Of a stretch of DNA of 64,000 bases, positions 12,321-27,060 are shown in pieces. Position numbers and translations under genes: made by a program. How positions within the stretch are numbered: position 1 is the first letter of the stretch; each line of letters begins with the position of its first letter. The stretch lies in the NCBI GenBank assembly GCA_964270895.1, contig OZ185435.1; one strand, 5' to 3'. The notes below the pieces were generated by a model. The model was not told the origin of the DNA, did no database searches, and saw only the letters and a program-made list of their open reading frames with translations. The DNA comes from Podarcis filfolensis. Lineage: Eukaryota.

Positions 12321-12906
12321 CTTGCATACAAGTTTTTCAATTTTTCTCTTTGCATAGCCAAGGTGGCATGAACCCGCCCTTCAGAGGTGATCATTGTTAT
12401 GTAGTCACTTGTCAGATGAAACATTTCTGCAGCTAAATGCGTCATCTCTTTGAATTCTCTCACGGTTGAGGTGTTGGCTCTTGTTGGCACCCTCGCACTC
12501 CCCTCTCCTGAAGTTCTGAAATAATCTTATATCTCTGCAGCTTGTTGCATGGCTTTGGAAACAGGCATTTATATTAAGTGTGGAACACAGAGCAGGTGTT
12601 CTGTCACTGCTGCTGTCAGATGTCTTTCAGTACAGCATATGACTATGGTAACTGGACGTCATTGTTTTCCTATAGGAAACCATGGCAACTGTCAATGGCA
12701 AGTCAAGGGTTGCTATGAATAAACCCTTTGTGGAGCATATTTTTGTATCATACGTGGAAGATACTGAGGAGCATCATTACCAACAAGTATCAGCTATATC
12801 TGTTTGGCACAAAAGAAGAAATGAAAGATCATCCTAAGAGGGTCTGATTTCTCCTTTCTACTCTACAGAGTAGCATTTCTTTCATACTGAGGGCCCTCAA
12901 GCTGTG

Positions 12907-13015
12907 TGGGTGGGATTCAACTTTAGTTTTGCCCATTGAAATTAATAGATCTAACATAGTGATTCTAATTAATTTCAGTGGGTCTTCTTTGAGTAAAACT
13001 TAGTTGAATACCACC
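12907..13015. mobile_element. Short palindromic non-autonomous element
   Basis: gtgggattcaact ... agttgaataccacc inverted ends; similar to 17443-17518. Confidence 0.5.
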
Positions 13016-14046
13016 TCATATCTTTATCTGAATATTCATTTGTTTGAAGAATGGTGAAGGTAAATAATAATCAAATAATAATAATATCTGCATCTTGGAA
13101 CATGGCGACAAATCCCTTATCACGTGTTCCCATCTGTAGGGGAGAAAATACAAATTTAGTGGCTCAGTCAACACAAGAAGCATAAACTTGATTTGTCAGA
13201 AAAGGGTAGGGATGCAGCAGTGATACATTTTTCTTTTCTTTTTTTATGAAAAAGGTTTAATCTGACACACAGTGACAATGGCAAATAGGATTTTTTAAAG
13301 GAGGAAAGGGGTGAGGAAGGAAAATGATCAGAAGATACTAGACACTGTTACTGCCCATACCAATCATAGGGAAGGCTTGTAGTTCCTTAGAGAGGTACAT
13401 GCTTTTGCATGATGGGGAGGAGGCGCTAAGAATTGTTCAACAATGCCAGGTCAGAGGCCGCGTCACAAGCTTTTGACTGAACAGCCATAACACATCGCAC
13501 TCAAAACTGCTGATCTGATTGCATCCTCACAGTTTAAACTGATGGAACGGAGATATTTATGGACTGGCATCTCCAAGTCTAGACATTAAAGATGTAGCTT
13601 AATCCCAACTATTTTAATAGAATATTCATCCAAGTGATGTATTTAGGGTAAAATAGAAGTATTGTGGAATAGAAATGAGTGAACAATAATTTTTTTTGGT
13701 GTTCTGTAAATCTTGTCCATCTGTGTCCCAGGTTGTTGTTGTTGTTGTTAAGTCTTGGGGTATGTTTGTTTGTTTTGTTTTTGTGGGCGGGGTATAAATA
13801 ATAAATTGTTGTTGTTGTTTTGCATGGTCTTCCGTACATAAAGATCTACTATAATAGAAGTCATCTTTTAGAATTTTGACTTGTCTGCCTCACCAACACT
13901 TTAATTTGTGGATAAGCAGCAGCTGGCATGCCTGGTTTTTCTAGTACATAACGTAAAGTTTACAATGTAAATGGCAATGCACCACAATTTTTATTCTGAA
14001 ACCTTGACCGAAGTTATTTTATACTCTCCTCTGTTTTCCTTTGTAG

Positions 14047-14156
14047 GATATCAATAACTAGAGTGACAGCTGACATTTCTCTTGCTAAGAGGTCTGTTCT
14101 AAATAATCCAAGCAAGAGGGCAATAATTGAGCGGTCAAACACCAGGTCCAGTTTAG
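14047..14156 (+). CDS. CACNB4: CACNB4 coding exon 10 ([36 protein letters not shown])
   Basis: Translation match (overlaps track ORF 14063); ttgtag/gtaaga; 110 nt. Confidence 0.97.
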
Positions 14157-14439
14157 GTAAGACCTTAGTAGAAGTACTGTACATAGTGACACTTGTGTAT
14201 GGAGGTTTTTGTTTGTTTGTTTTTACGGGTGTCCGTAAAAACAACGAGTTGTTGTCCTACTTACTTTCTTGCCCTTTGGAGGGAGAATGCACAAAACCTG
14301 CTTGCCTCTGCCACAGGCTGGCTACTGTTTTTTTTAAAAAGGTTTTCTAAAGCTCTGTATAGGGGGTTAAGACCATATTGTCACCTCTCAAGTACTAGCG
14401 AGCAAAGTTTCATGTTTGCTATGTAAGTGTATGCTTAGC

Positions 14440-14590
14440 ATCAGCTTAAGAAGTTGCAAGAAAGGTGAAATGTTATGGTGCGTTTGTTCACAACGTTGTA
14501 AAATTTATGAACCTTTATATTGTAAACTGCCTTGTGATCTTTGAATGAAAGGTGGTATAGGAACTTAATGAATAAAATAAATAATAATAA
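14440..14590 (+). mobile_element. L2-type 3' tail
   Basis: ttgtaaactgccttgtgatc...gaaaggtggtata plus (aat)n tail. Confidence 0.55.
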
Positions 14591-14679
14591 AATATATGGC
14601 AATTTTATGAAGAACGTGTCAAAGGTATTCCTAACTTCAAGCACACCGGCACTAGAACTGATAAATAAAAATGGCATTG

Positions 14680-15075
14680 CGAGAGATTGGAGGGTCCAGA
14701 GCTTGGTTGGTTGCAGTGTGGTTTGATTGTATGTGTGAGACAGGGAGGGATTGTGGGGTCAGATTAGCCCTATTGATTTGTATGCTGTTGTGGGGGATAG
14801 ATCATTGTCTTGTTGGGCTGTGGATAAAGGGGAGCCACACGGGGGTGAAGGCATCCTCCTTTGCTTGGCCCCATGCCAGTTAAAGTTTGTTGGTTAACTT
14901 TTCTAGTAGGGCAGTTTCCCATATATTTTGGTACCAGTGGTCTATGTTCGCTCCTGATGGGCTTTTCCAGGGTCTAGTTACCGGTACATTTCTAGCTGCT
15001 TTTCCTTGTTTGTTTGTTTTGTAACACAATAAAAATATTCAGTAAAAACCAATTTAAAATAAATAAATAAAAATG
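14680..15075 (+). mobile_element. Probable LINE (L1/Tx1-like) 3' UTR remnant
   Basis: G/T-rich tract ending in aataaaaa and an A-rich tail; family not confirmed. Confidence 0.35.
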
Positions 15076-15096
15076 ACAAGGGACCGCAGGTTTTGA

Positions 15097-15360
<264 letters not shown>

Positions 15361-16297
15361 TAGCTTTGTCTTTAAAATATTTCATCTTGAATACACTTCA
15401 TATTCTTCCCAAAAGAACGCTCCTCCTTTTTATGCTAATTTCCTTTAAAACATACATTGAGGAAGTTAATGTAGCACTAACTAAGGTGTGCGTTCAGGGA
15501 ATGAAGTCCACTTGCACAACAGGATGTCTGCACACCTTTCTCCCCGCATGCCCCCTGCACACGCTATAAACATATTCAGGGGGTTCCCCCACCTCTCCAA
15601 AGTGGATTTAGGGTGTTTCAGGGGTTAGGGAGAGGGAGTGAAGTCCCATTTCTGTGTTTCTGCATATGCATCAACTTCGTTGAATCTTGACCTAAACCTT
15701 TGTGTGTCGCCAGAATCTTGCTGATCGTGTGCAGCAACTGAGTATCATAGGATGTTCACCTCCCTTCTGGTCCCACAAAAATGCCTCTGTTTACCTTGCA
15801 TTCTGCTTGTGCTTGGCAGGGCCTGACGATCACTATGTGAAGTGGGCTTCCCAGATAACTGTGGAGACGTGAGCTCCTAATCAGGCCAGAGAAACAGAAT
15901 TTTTGCTGCGAAAGATGGTTGGGACAGCCATTTCAGTTCCTTTTTTCAGGTCCATATGTCTTTACCCCACTTTTTTTCTGTCTTAATTTTGCCTTTTCTA
16001 GGACAAGAGCTGTGGCCCATTCAAACATTATAGTACCCAACCAGGAGGCTAATGAAAAATACTTCTGACTCTACACTGGAATTATGTTTGTAAGCTGCTT
16101 ACCAATGTAGCCCGTCCTTAGGGTGTGCTAGCATGGTGGGTATCCATGCAATTGGGCTGATCCAAAATAGTTAAGTAACTTACAATCATTTTAAACCTAT
16201 AAGGAATTGTTGCCATGAGGAAGTATTACTTTATCCCTATGTACTTGACATGTTCCCCACTAACATTAGAATGTATCTTTTCGTTCCCTAGCAAAAA

Positions 16298-16414
16298 CAC
16301 CCTCCAGATGTTGTTGGACTGCAACTCCCATCATCCCTGACCAATGGCCATGCACGCTGGGACTGATGGGAACTGGAGTCGAACAGCAGCACCTGGAGGA
16401 CCACAGATTCCCTA
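16298..16414. mobile_element. hAT-like MITE (ctcccatcatccc family)
   Basis: cctccagatgttgttggactgcaactcccatcatccc...ctggaggaccacagattccc. Confidence 0.65.
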
Positions 16415-16562
16415 TAGATAATGGGCTGACAGGTACACAACCTCAGCTGTCCGTACCATGATATATACAATAGCCACTCACACAGTGACCATCACAAACC
16501 AGTAGTTTAATATGTGGAAGCTGATACGCCTCCAAAATTTACCTCCTTGCTATGCAGTCTGA

Positions 16563-16757
<195 letters not shown>

Positions 16758-17442
16758 TAGCAAAAGCTGTTGTATTGATGTAACATTGTTTTCACAATGG
16801 TACCCATCCTTACTGAACGGGCTATAAATAGCAGGTGATCAGATCCTGAATGTGTTAGAAGAGAGGTCACAAGTCTCACGAAGAGAAGCACTCATCTTTC
16901 CACCTCCTCCCATTGTTCATCATGCTTAGTGATGTGCTAAGGCATCTAGGGTTACAGTAACAACCCACTTCTTTTCCACCCAGTACTGGAGAAATTGGCA
17001 TCACTAGAATAAAGCCCTCTCAGGTTTACATTACGAGGTCCAGTGTATTGCCTTTCTGTCACTGAATCATTTTCCAGTGATTTGTGCTTGTTGAGCTGAA
17101 GGGAAGGGAAAACCCATGCCTGCTGCTAAAATAAATTAAGGTCAAAAGCAAGCATTAATTGTGTGCCATATACTTGCTCATTATGTTGTGCAGTATAGCA
17201 ACAATCCATTTGCAATCAAAACATTTGAATTGAATAATGGCATCTCCCCCACCCCAGTTTTCTTATAAATGAATAATTTTCACTTACAAACTTGTGTCCA
17301 GACAGTCTTTTCCCACTCTGGTTTGTGATGGACTCTGAGGCTATGAAAAGGTGGGAGATGCTTTTTAGTGGTGGAGGAGACTGAAACGGGCGAGAGGAAC
17401 AAATGAAAACTGTCAAAGTTGACAGTGTTTGCAAAGACTTCT

Positions 17443-17518
17443 GGGTGATATTCAACTAAGTCATATACTCTAGTTGGACCTATTGAAATCAATGGGCCCA
17501 CTATGTTGGCTATCACCC
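17443..17518. mobile_element. Short palindromic non-autonomous element
   Basis: gggtgatattcaac / gttggctatcaccc inverted ends. Confidence 0.5.
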
Positions 17519-17575
17519 TCCATTGTCTAGCTGTTCAGAGCTGAAAAGTTTGATGCCATGCTTTCTTCTGAACAG

Positions 17576-17761
17576 GAAATGTTTGATGTCATTCTGGATG
17601 AAAATCAGCTTGAAGATGCTTGTGAACACTTGGCAGAATATCTTGAGGCCTACTGGCGTGCCACACACACCACAAGTAGCACACCCATGACACCTTTGCT
17701 TGGAAGAAACCTAGGCTCCACTGCACTATCCCCTTACCCTACTGCAATCTCTGGATTACAG
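17576..17761 (+). CDS. CACNB4: CACNB4 coding exon 13 ([31 protein letters not shown]...AISGLQ)
   Basis: Translation match; aacag/gtatga; 186 nt. Confidence 0.97.
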
Positions 17762-19365
17762 GTATGAATCCATGCTTTTGGCAGCAGTGCAGATCAGCTT
17801 CATGATGATGTATAAAGTGGTTCGTCCATATCGAACCGTGGGATGGAAAGCCAACTGGCTTGGCCCCAGCCGGAATGTCTCCCTTCTCAGCCTTGCCGCT
17901 GCAGAGATCTGTCAGTCATCCTCCTCCGACGTGCGTCCGCGACTCATGCTGCTGTGCATGCAAGAGCACACATTACTCAACAGAGTAAACACACAACAGA
18001 TCAGGCTTGAGGCGTGGATACTATACTAAACTACGCATTTATTATACATAAATCAGGACAAAGAAAAACATGGCCTCTCCCCTTGTTGTTCCTCTCGGAG
18101 AGAGAGGAAACAAAAGCAATGCAGAGCAGATGTTCCACTCACAGGACTCCAGTAATCTGTGCTGGAATGTAAACAGACATGTGGCATGTAACAATCCCAC
18201 ATATCTGCAGCAAGGGTGGAATGGAATCTATATATCTATATATCACACACATACACACTGGACCCTGTGTAAATGCAAATAAAATAAATGTATGCACAAC
18301 AGCTGCCCCATACCTACAAATGAGGGTATTTCCATTACTTTGTGCACAGTATTATCTCACATTGGATATGTATGCACACCTCTCCACATTCAAATTTGAG
18401 TCCTCCACCCAGGGCTTGGGGATGTTCTCATTGTGTGTTTTCAGTGGCAAACGCTTCACTGGCAAACATTAGCAAAACAGAACCAATTGGGGCTGATCCA
18501 TAAATGCATTCCTTGCAGTTCAGTCCTAGTAGTGTCGTGCGTTCAAGTGATACGGAAGTTCTGTTTAGCTAGCTGATCAGTCTGAGATGGCTCATTCCCG
18601 AAGACAAGTCGTCACCATGCTACAGTCAATGAGTAATGTATTTGGCCTTAGTCAAGAGAATAAGAAGAAAATCCAGTTAATTAAGTAGACTTCACATTGG
18701 GTAGTTTTGTTTGAATGCAACAGAATATCTATGATGCTAATGCTACTGTGCAGACATCAAGAGCAATGGACATAATTACCTTTGCATTTTTAGCATGAAA
18801 AGGCTGCACAGAACGTTCTTAGAAGATAAGTGAGTTATATAAATATACGCCACTAACTGCTGCTATAGTTAAGCTTGCTGAATAGTTTTCATTCATTTTT
18901 CATATGTTGACCAGTTCACAAAAGTTATAAGATGGAAATTCTCTCCCATTTGCCTTGTTTCTCCCCAGAGGCAACACCTTAGCAAAATTCATTCATCTGT
19001 TTGATTTTTTTTTTTTTATGATGGATAAAATATTATTCCCATTATAAAAAGATTCTGACCATTTTTTTCCACAGGGATAGCTCAAAAACGGCTGGCCTTT
19101 GAAACTTCAAACGTGGCATGTAAATAGTCCTTAATGAGAAGTACGTGCTTTACTAAATTTGGCGAAAAATATGTCTTTTCAGTACGAGTTCTGTATGTTT
19201 GTAAATGCAAGACTAAGATGTGCACAGAGATCAATTTCACTAAAGAGCTTGGCACATTTATGTGGCTTTTGATATGTGTACACTTTCCACTGTATGTCAG
19301 CTGAAGAGCTTAGCAAGTTAGCAACATTCCTGAAAATTAGATCAACAATCACTTTTTTCCTCAAT

Positions 19366-19442
19366 ATTATTATTATTATTATTAATTACATTTGTATGTC
19401 GCCCTTCATCTGAAGATCAAAGGCGGTTCACAACATAAAATA
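19366..19442 (-). mobile_element. L2-type 3' tail with (ATT)n
   Basis: (tat)n then tgtatgtcgcccttcatc...aggcggttcacaac. Confidence 0.55.
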
Positions 19443-20935
19443 CACTCGTATCACTATTGAAGTGCTGTCGTCCCCACCCCCAATGCATGTATGCCGAAGT
19501 ATCTAAATTTCAAATTTATGTTTGATTTTGTAAGGCCAGCTTTGTCACATGGTGTTGTTTCTGCTTAGTGACTGGTTGACTGTGTAAGCAACAGTTTGAG
19601 TTTCGTGCACACATGCTTGTTTTTTTATGTGAAAACGTTTTATTTTCCAGTGTCTTTGTGTTGGTAAGCCCCTTCTCTTGAACTTTGACGCTATGCAAAT
19701 CCAAAAGGATGTGGACAAAGCAAATTATTTAGGCACATACCATTTAGGCATATAAACTTAAGCTAGTATGTCTCGATCTGAGATATGTTGCAGTGACTGG
19801 TGACGCAGTCTAAATAGGATTCTGCTAGGTGTAAGGGAGTCTAGATAAGGGCCCACTTTGTTTAAATGCTGAGTCAACTTCATCCATGCTAACAATGGGC
19901 TGGGACACTTCAGGAGCCACATTTCAAGGTCTTCTGAGTAATTAACAGAGGAAGTTGCTACAGTGGGTATGATTGCATGAGGCTGAGGTTCAATTCTAGG
20001 CAGACCACAATAAGAGTGTGTGGGTGTTCTACGTATTTCAGCAAGTTTCAAGCCAGTATGACTAGTGTGGCTTCCTGCCATAGGACCTTGGGAACTCATT
20101 ATAGTTTTCCAAGGAAGCTAATGATCTCTACAAAGAAAGTACTCTGACTACCTTGAAAAAAAATGCCTGCAGTATGCCTACTAGCTGCTACTGACCATTG
20201 AATTGACTACAAAAATAACAGCTTAGCTATTTTACCCACTTCAATCCAGTGTGGAGAGTTAAACAGGGAAAACAGCACCAGTGAAACTTTCCATATATCC
20301 GATGGTTTTAAATTTCATTTCGGTAAAGTAGTTCAGAAATAATAAAAAAAAATTGATAAAGCCTATGAAGAATAGGATGAGAATTACAACTGAAGGAAGG
20401 GTAAGCTCTATTAGTATATGCTGAACAAGAAAGGGTTACAAATAAAACATTGTAAATCAATGGGAGAAAAGTAGGCGACTTTAGAATTGCCCACAATGGA
20501 AGTATAACTCAATATGCTTTTTAAGAGCTGCATTTTGGAGGAGGTCTTATTTTGAATTTCCAAAAGATCACAGACTAAAAATACAAGTCTTAAAATTCCT
20601 CATCAGGCAATGTATCCCGAACCTGAATCCTGAGCCTCCTGTTGAGAATCCCCTCTCCCTGCCAAATGTTTTAAAATAATGTCGTATAGAAGACATCACG
20701 CTCCACTGTTTTCTCACATCAGCTTTGAAACCAGACTGTATTCCCAAGTATACAAAATAGCAGCCAAATGTCTCTTAAATGAATGATGGGAGCATATGGA
20801 TTCTGAAGGCCCTCTCAGAACAAGAATGCAACTAATTCAGAAGGAGCGAAATGAAATTGTTTCTCCCAACTCCCCTCACACCCCTTTGTTGTTGTTGTTT
20901 TTTTAAAAAACCCTTGAATTCTTTACTATTTATAG

Positions 20936-21196
<261 letters not shown>

Positions 21197-23674
21197 ATAC
21201 AAGAACCTGGGGGGAAATGGTACTCGTCCGTTGCCAACTTGCCATAACATAGCTAGGCCAAACGAATCAACTCGATTCGGCAGTTGCGGCATGGTTTTTA
21301 CTATGCTTACAGGCTGCCGCCGTTTAATGCTATATAAAAAGGGGTGAAACATACAGATCATGCCCTTCATATGTTTAGGAAGAAGATAGTTTGCCCAGTC
21401 ACTTTAGATGTGTTTTATTTCCAGTGTAGAGATTTAATTTTAGAATCAGTACCTTTTCTCTTCATTAGACACTATTAGACACATCAATTTGTAATTTAGG
21501 ATTACCTGTTGAAGCGCATATAAAATGATTTCCTGCACTGGAAATTCCAAATGACCAGTTCCAGTTGGAACCAATTTATAAACCAATTCCTGTTGGAATT
21601 TGGGCGAAATTGACTGGAAAGTCAACCTGAGCATGTTGCAGTCAGTTTAAAAATAAAATAAAATAAAATAGTGAAGAATAATGAAACCATTATAAGCAAA
21701 ATAAATAAAAGCTATAGAACTTGTTTATCAGAAGGTGAATTTATATAGATAGATAAATACGGATAAAAATAAAACAATTTTAATGTATTTATTTCAGATT
21801 AACCAAATGTAAGCAGTCAATAGTGCCAAAAACGATGAGCGAATGCAGCAGTTAGACTACTTTCCAGTTTAAAGTGATCTGTATGGGATGAGTTTTTTCT
21901 CTCTCTCCTCCCAGCATATGCATTGCAGCAAACTGTATGATGTCGATAGGTTTTTTTTGCATTTTGCTAATGACAATATAGAACTATTTCAGGAACTTTA
22001 AATAAACCAGGAGTGAAGAAGCCTAACCATTTTTAATGTGGTGGTGGTGGAGGATGTGGGCACACATTCACTGTCCTGAAAACATGCTCCTTTAATCCCA
22101 GTCACGCCTTCGAAGTGTGTGAAGTGGATGCGTGGGATTTTGCTAGCTGGCCCTGCCTCGGCTATCACATGCTAAGCATAAGGTATGGCTGTTTTGCTGA
22201 AGGCTCTTCTGGCGCGATCCAAGTCCCTAATTGCATGTACAGTTCTACATGTGTAGAGCCCTGATCCCCTCTCCATGCACCCAGGTCTTGTGAAGGTGTG
22301 AGCAGGTTGGAAGATGTGGACACTTTTGGGAATTTGGTTATTGTTTATTTCGTTGGCTAACAATGCTTAAGCACTACTAATAATCTGTATCGTGCACAAA
22401 GCTCATAACCATCTTAATGTTCTACTTGGGTCAACAACAAATTGGCCTCACAGGGAGGGGAAAAAAGATGCATTCATACTAGGGCTTAAACGTGTGTATT
22501 AATATATCCAGAAGAACTATGGTATCATCATTTTTCCTACCAAAGATTTAAGAGCATATTGCTCAGTGATTTGTCAACAGACCATAGTGGCATGACGGTT
22601 TTGCACAAAAAATGAACAAAGATAATTCCAACTGAAGCACTTCAGGAGCAGTGCTTTAGTGAGGATGCCCCTAAAATTTGAGGACTTGTTGTTCTCAGGC
22701 GCTTTCTGGAGAATGACAAACCATTTTCTATATTGTGTTATAGAGCATGACGTTTGAAGCTATTTTTTCCTGGTCTGAATGCATCACCTCTCACATACAG
22801 CAAAAAGTACTTCATCAAAAACCCTATATAAAGTCATACCTTACAGTCTTCCATCTTGATCCAGATTCCATTTGTGCTGCAGTACATATGCAGAGTTCCT
22901 GCTTGTGTTTGGTTCTCCTCATGCATTTAAGTGTAAAAGGAAGCTCTGCGCACACACACACACGTCCTTTGTGTGTACAGGGCTGGTTCTTCATTGAAAT
23001 GAGTGGGGACACCCATACATGTAGAAGCTCTATAGATGAATCACTCTATGAATGACCAAAAATCATAGCATCCATGCAGAAGGTTGGCCAAAGACATTTT
23101 GCTGAGGCAAAGAACAAGCTGGTTCCTCTCAGCTGACTGGGCACTGGCAACGTGACAGTATCCTCTACTGCTAGTTTAGGGGGTGCATGACTGGTATTTT
23201 GGCACACATAATTCTGATCCCCAGCAGAGGGGAATGGCCAGGGAGCTGAGGAAGAATGTTCAAGGGCACCTCCATCCCACAGTATCTGATGCCTGATGCA
23301 GCTGCCTCACTCTGCCTAACAATAGCATGTGCTCTACAACTTTGGATATTTATAATAGGGCAATGGAAATGTTTATTTTCTCCAAATCTTTTAACAATGT
23401 AAAAGTAACCATTGGAATGCGGCAGTGTGGAATACATTAAAAACCAAAATTTTAGGTCTTTTCCAGACAATTCTAAAAGGGGGGCGGTATTCTGAGTGTA
23501 ATATTTGTGGTTCTTCTAATCTCAGCTCCATACAAGGAAAGCTGCTGAGGGGTAGCTGTTTACCTCCCTTTTTAAGAGAGAGGTGCGCTGCAGTGCTAGA
23601 GACAGGAAGCACACACAAACTTGAAAAGAAAAGAGGGGCGCTAAAGGTACAAGAAGTAGTGAGAATTTGCTGTA

Positions 23675-23815
23675 GGATAGGATGGCTAACCATAGCCCTC
23701 CATAATGTTGAACTACAACTCCCATCATCCTTGGCCATTGACCATGCTGGCTGGGGCTGATGGGATTTGCATTGCAAGTCAGCAACATCTGGAGTGGCCC
23801 TGGTTAGTCACCACT
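23675..23815. mobile_element. hAT-like MITE (ctcccatcatcc family)
   Basis: ccctccataatgttgaactacaactcccatcatcc...agcaacatctggag. Confidence 0.6.
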
Positions 23816-26800
23816 GATGTAGTGGAAATGGTACAAAATACCTATATCAAGATGCTCCAGGGAAGAATCAGGTGGTTTCTATGTCTGTGCAAAGTTGAGT
23901 TTCTAGGACTAAGCTGAAATAATTTCCAAGAGCTTCTTACTCACTAGGGATAGTTCTTCAGGAGTAACTAAATATAAAATAATGTACATGTTTATTCCTA
24001 GACTGAAATGTGAATAGTGTGTGTGTGTGTGTTACTAAATTATATATATAGAATTTATAAAATCAGTCTCAAAGAGCCATATGATTATTGGAACCACTAG
24101 CTACCATGACAGAGTTCACTGTTGAACACAGATAAGGCACGTACTGTATAAGAAACGTTAGTTATGAAAGGAATCACCTAGACTTAGAATGTACCGTGAA
24201 CTTTTCTAGCTTAGTCCTGGAAGCTTGAAGTTGAACCTCCCTTGGTTTTAATTCATTGCTCTTCCTTGAGGGAAGCTTTGTGCAAACATACTTTTTAAAG
24301 GGCACTTTAGGCTGCAGTCCTGAACACACTAGGACGAAAGCCCTACCCAACACAGTGGGACTTACTTCTGAGTATACATGTTGTTTTGATTGAGCTGTTA
24401 AAGAGGAAGCTCAGGGCTTCCAGAAAAGAGAGTAAATCCACGAAATGATGGAAATCTGGAAGATGGAGTAGTTGTTATTTATCACTACTCCTATTAAAGG
24501 CTCTGTCCAGTTTGTGCCACTGAAACTTGTTCTGCCAAATTCTATACCGCACTTGGTATTGTAATTGATAGGCTAGCTGGGGGAAGAATCTTGTTTTCGC
24601 CTGCAACAAAACACTGTGCTTTGAGTGCAGGGAAAATGAGATATGCCAACAGCTGAAGTGGTTTTGTTAAGAAAAAATATCAGGATACCCTGAAGGAAAC
24701 GAGTAGCTGTGCAGTTGCTGTACAAAAGAGTATTGTCTGGAAATGCCCTTTGGGAAATATGTGTTTATTGATAGTGTGATTATTTCTAACTGGCTGGAGG
24801 GAAACATGGATTTTTATGGGTCTGGACTGTAGGCAAACTTGAAAGTTTTCCTCATCAAAATGACCTTTTTCAACAGTCTTGCTACAAACCTAGGAATTGT
24901 GCCTATACTTTTCACTATAAAATTATATAACTGGTGATTTCAATACTTCAGATATTTTGCTGCCTTGTGTCAAATGAACACTTTGTTATAAAGATTTATC
25001 ATTTTTCATTCTGGGATTTTAAAAACAGGACTCCTTGCGTTAGTACTTTCACTGTTCTCAAACCTAGAAAAACAACACTTAAAAATGGCCACATACTAAA
25101 ATGCTGAGATGTGCATGATAATTTTCTCTGTGCATATGTATCCTTCACTCATCCCTTTATAGCAATTTAAACCTGAAACCCTCCAATTAATCACAGTTTT
25201 CCGTTTCATCTGAACTGCAGAAACTGGTTATCAGGTTATGAACAAGCCAGGATCTTAAGACACTTCCAAACCCTGTGTTTCCTGGCTTGTTCCAAACCTC
25301 CTAACCAGGTTTTCCTGGGTCAGACAAAACAGGAAACTGTGATTAGTTGGACACATCCATGTCTAATTGCTGCAAAGGACAGAGAAAAGGGCAAGAGCCT
25401 TGTACATCTCTCAGCTCTAATAACCTGAATCACGCCAATTTATTGTCATTCTGTCACCTTCTGGTCACAATTATCCTGCTGATCAGAACCGTAAAACTGT
25501 CCAACTTCTAAATTTCAACTATGCTCATCAGCTTTTAAACCACTGGACGAATCTCAAGCCAGAGTAAATTATTAGTGGAATTATATTAGTACCAACTTGG
25601 ATAGAAACTAGTGCATGGTTGCATTGTGTAATATTTGTATATTTTAAGTATGGAGGACAAAGTGAAAGCGTCATTTTCTTCTACAGTTCCTCTTGGCTCT
25701 GAGCTTTCCCCTTCAGTGCTGTGCCAAAAAGCACACCAATGCTCCAATTACCACTCCATTGTGTCCCTTCGCCCTTACATGGGGCATATCCAGCCAAATA
25801 ACAAATACTATAAACTGTGCTTTCCGTGTTATAAAAACCTGCACTTCACCAAGCAACATGGAAACATTTCCCACAAATAGTTTCTGTTTCTCACAAGTGA
25901 AAGCAACAACCTGATAAACTTGAGGGAGAAAGTCTATGTGGATTATGCATTACAACCAGAGATTAATTATATTTTTAGAAATATTCAAATAAACCTAACC
26001 TGTAATTGCAACTCAAAGATTTACAAGTTATGTTTTTAGAAGGAAAACAGAGTAGGATCACTCTTTAGAAGATGGCATTCCTACTTTTTAACGTCAAAAT
26101 TAACTGTTGAAAATGTAAGTCTTAGTTTTCCCCTTCTATTTTCTTTACAAGAGTCACTGTTAAAATAGGTTTCAAAAGCAATCTGCCCCAAAATGTTTGG
26201 CTTGCAGTCTGCTTGGGGCAAATTGACTAAAATGCTTCTGCTATTTATCCCCCTTGAGTAACTCTTGGTGTGAGGATCTGAAAACCAAGTTCCTCCAATA
26301 TTCATAATATGAATGATTTTAAAGTATAACGTACAGCCCAAAGTAGAGTTGCTGAGGAAGATTCTTCTAAGGCTGCAAGTGGAGTTAATACTTCACTATT
26401 TGGAAACAGGCAGATAATAGATGTCTGAATAGCTAAAACAAGGAACAGGGCAAGAGAACATAAGGTGAGGGACATATTTGTAGTCTTTGATCAACTCAGC
26501 CTTAGCCCTCAGTGCTATGGAGTAAATCCAGAGAGTCCCCTCCATGAATGGAAGGGATTCCATTCATGGAAGGCACCTAGATCCATCAGAAGCTCCGTGC
26601 CTGGAGGAAGGAGTGGAGAAGGCAAATTTGCCAATTGCCCCTTTCCCTTGTAGCCCGCCATGCGTCTTCTCATTCTGTTCTGGAGAGTCCTCTGCCCTTC
26701 CAGAATGGCCTTTGAAGGAGCACGAAAGGAGGAAACTGCAGAAACTGCTTCCCTGTAAGGGGAATTATGTTGAGTGCAGCCCTGTGCAATTAACCCAGAA

Positions 26801-26817
26801 GTTAAGTCCAAGGGCAT

Positions 26818-27060
26818 TAAGAACGTAAGAATTTCCTTGCTGAGCGCGTCGAGTCCTGCATTCGATTTCCCACAATGTTTAGTTGTTCTTGCAAGCCAGA
26901 TAGGACATGAAGGTGATGGGCTTCCCTGCAACATGTGATTTTCAGAGGTACACTGCCTCTGAACATGAATCTTCCATTTTGCTACCCTGGCTGGTAGCCA
27001 TTCATAGACTTCTCTATGAAGCTGCCTAGTTCTCTCTTTTTTTGAAATTCATCCCAGAGG
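26818..27060 (-). mobile_element. CR1-type LINE 3' fragment
   Basis: taagaacgtaaga...ttcagaggtacactgcctctgaacatg...ggtagccattcatagac; reverse complement of the family at 118-300. Confidence 0.6.
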
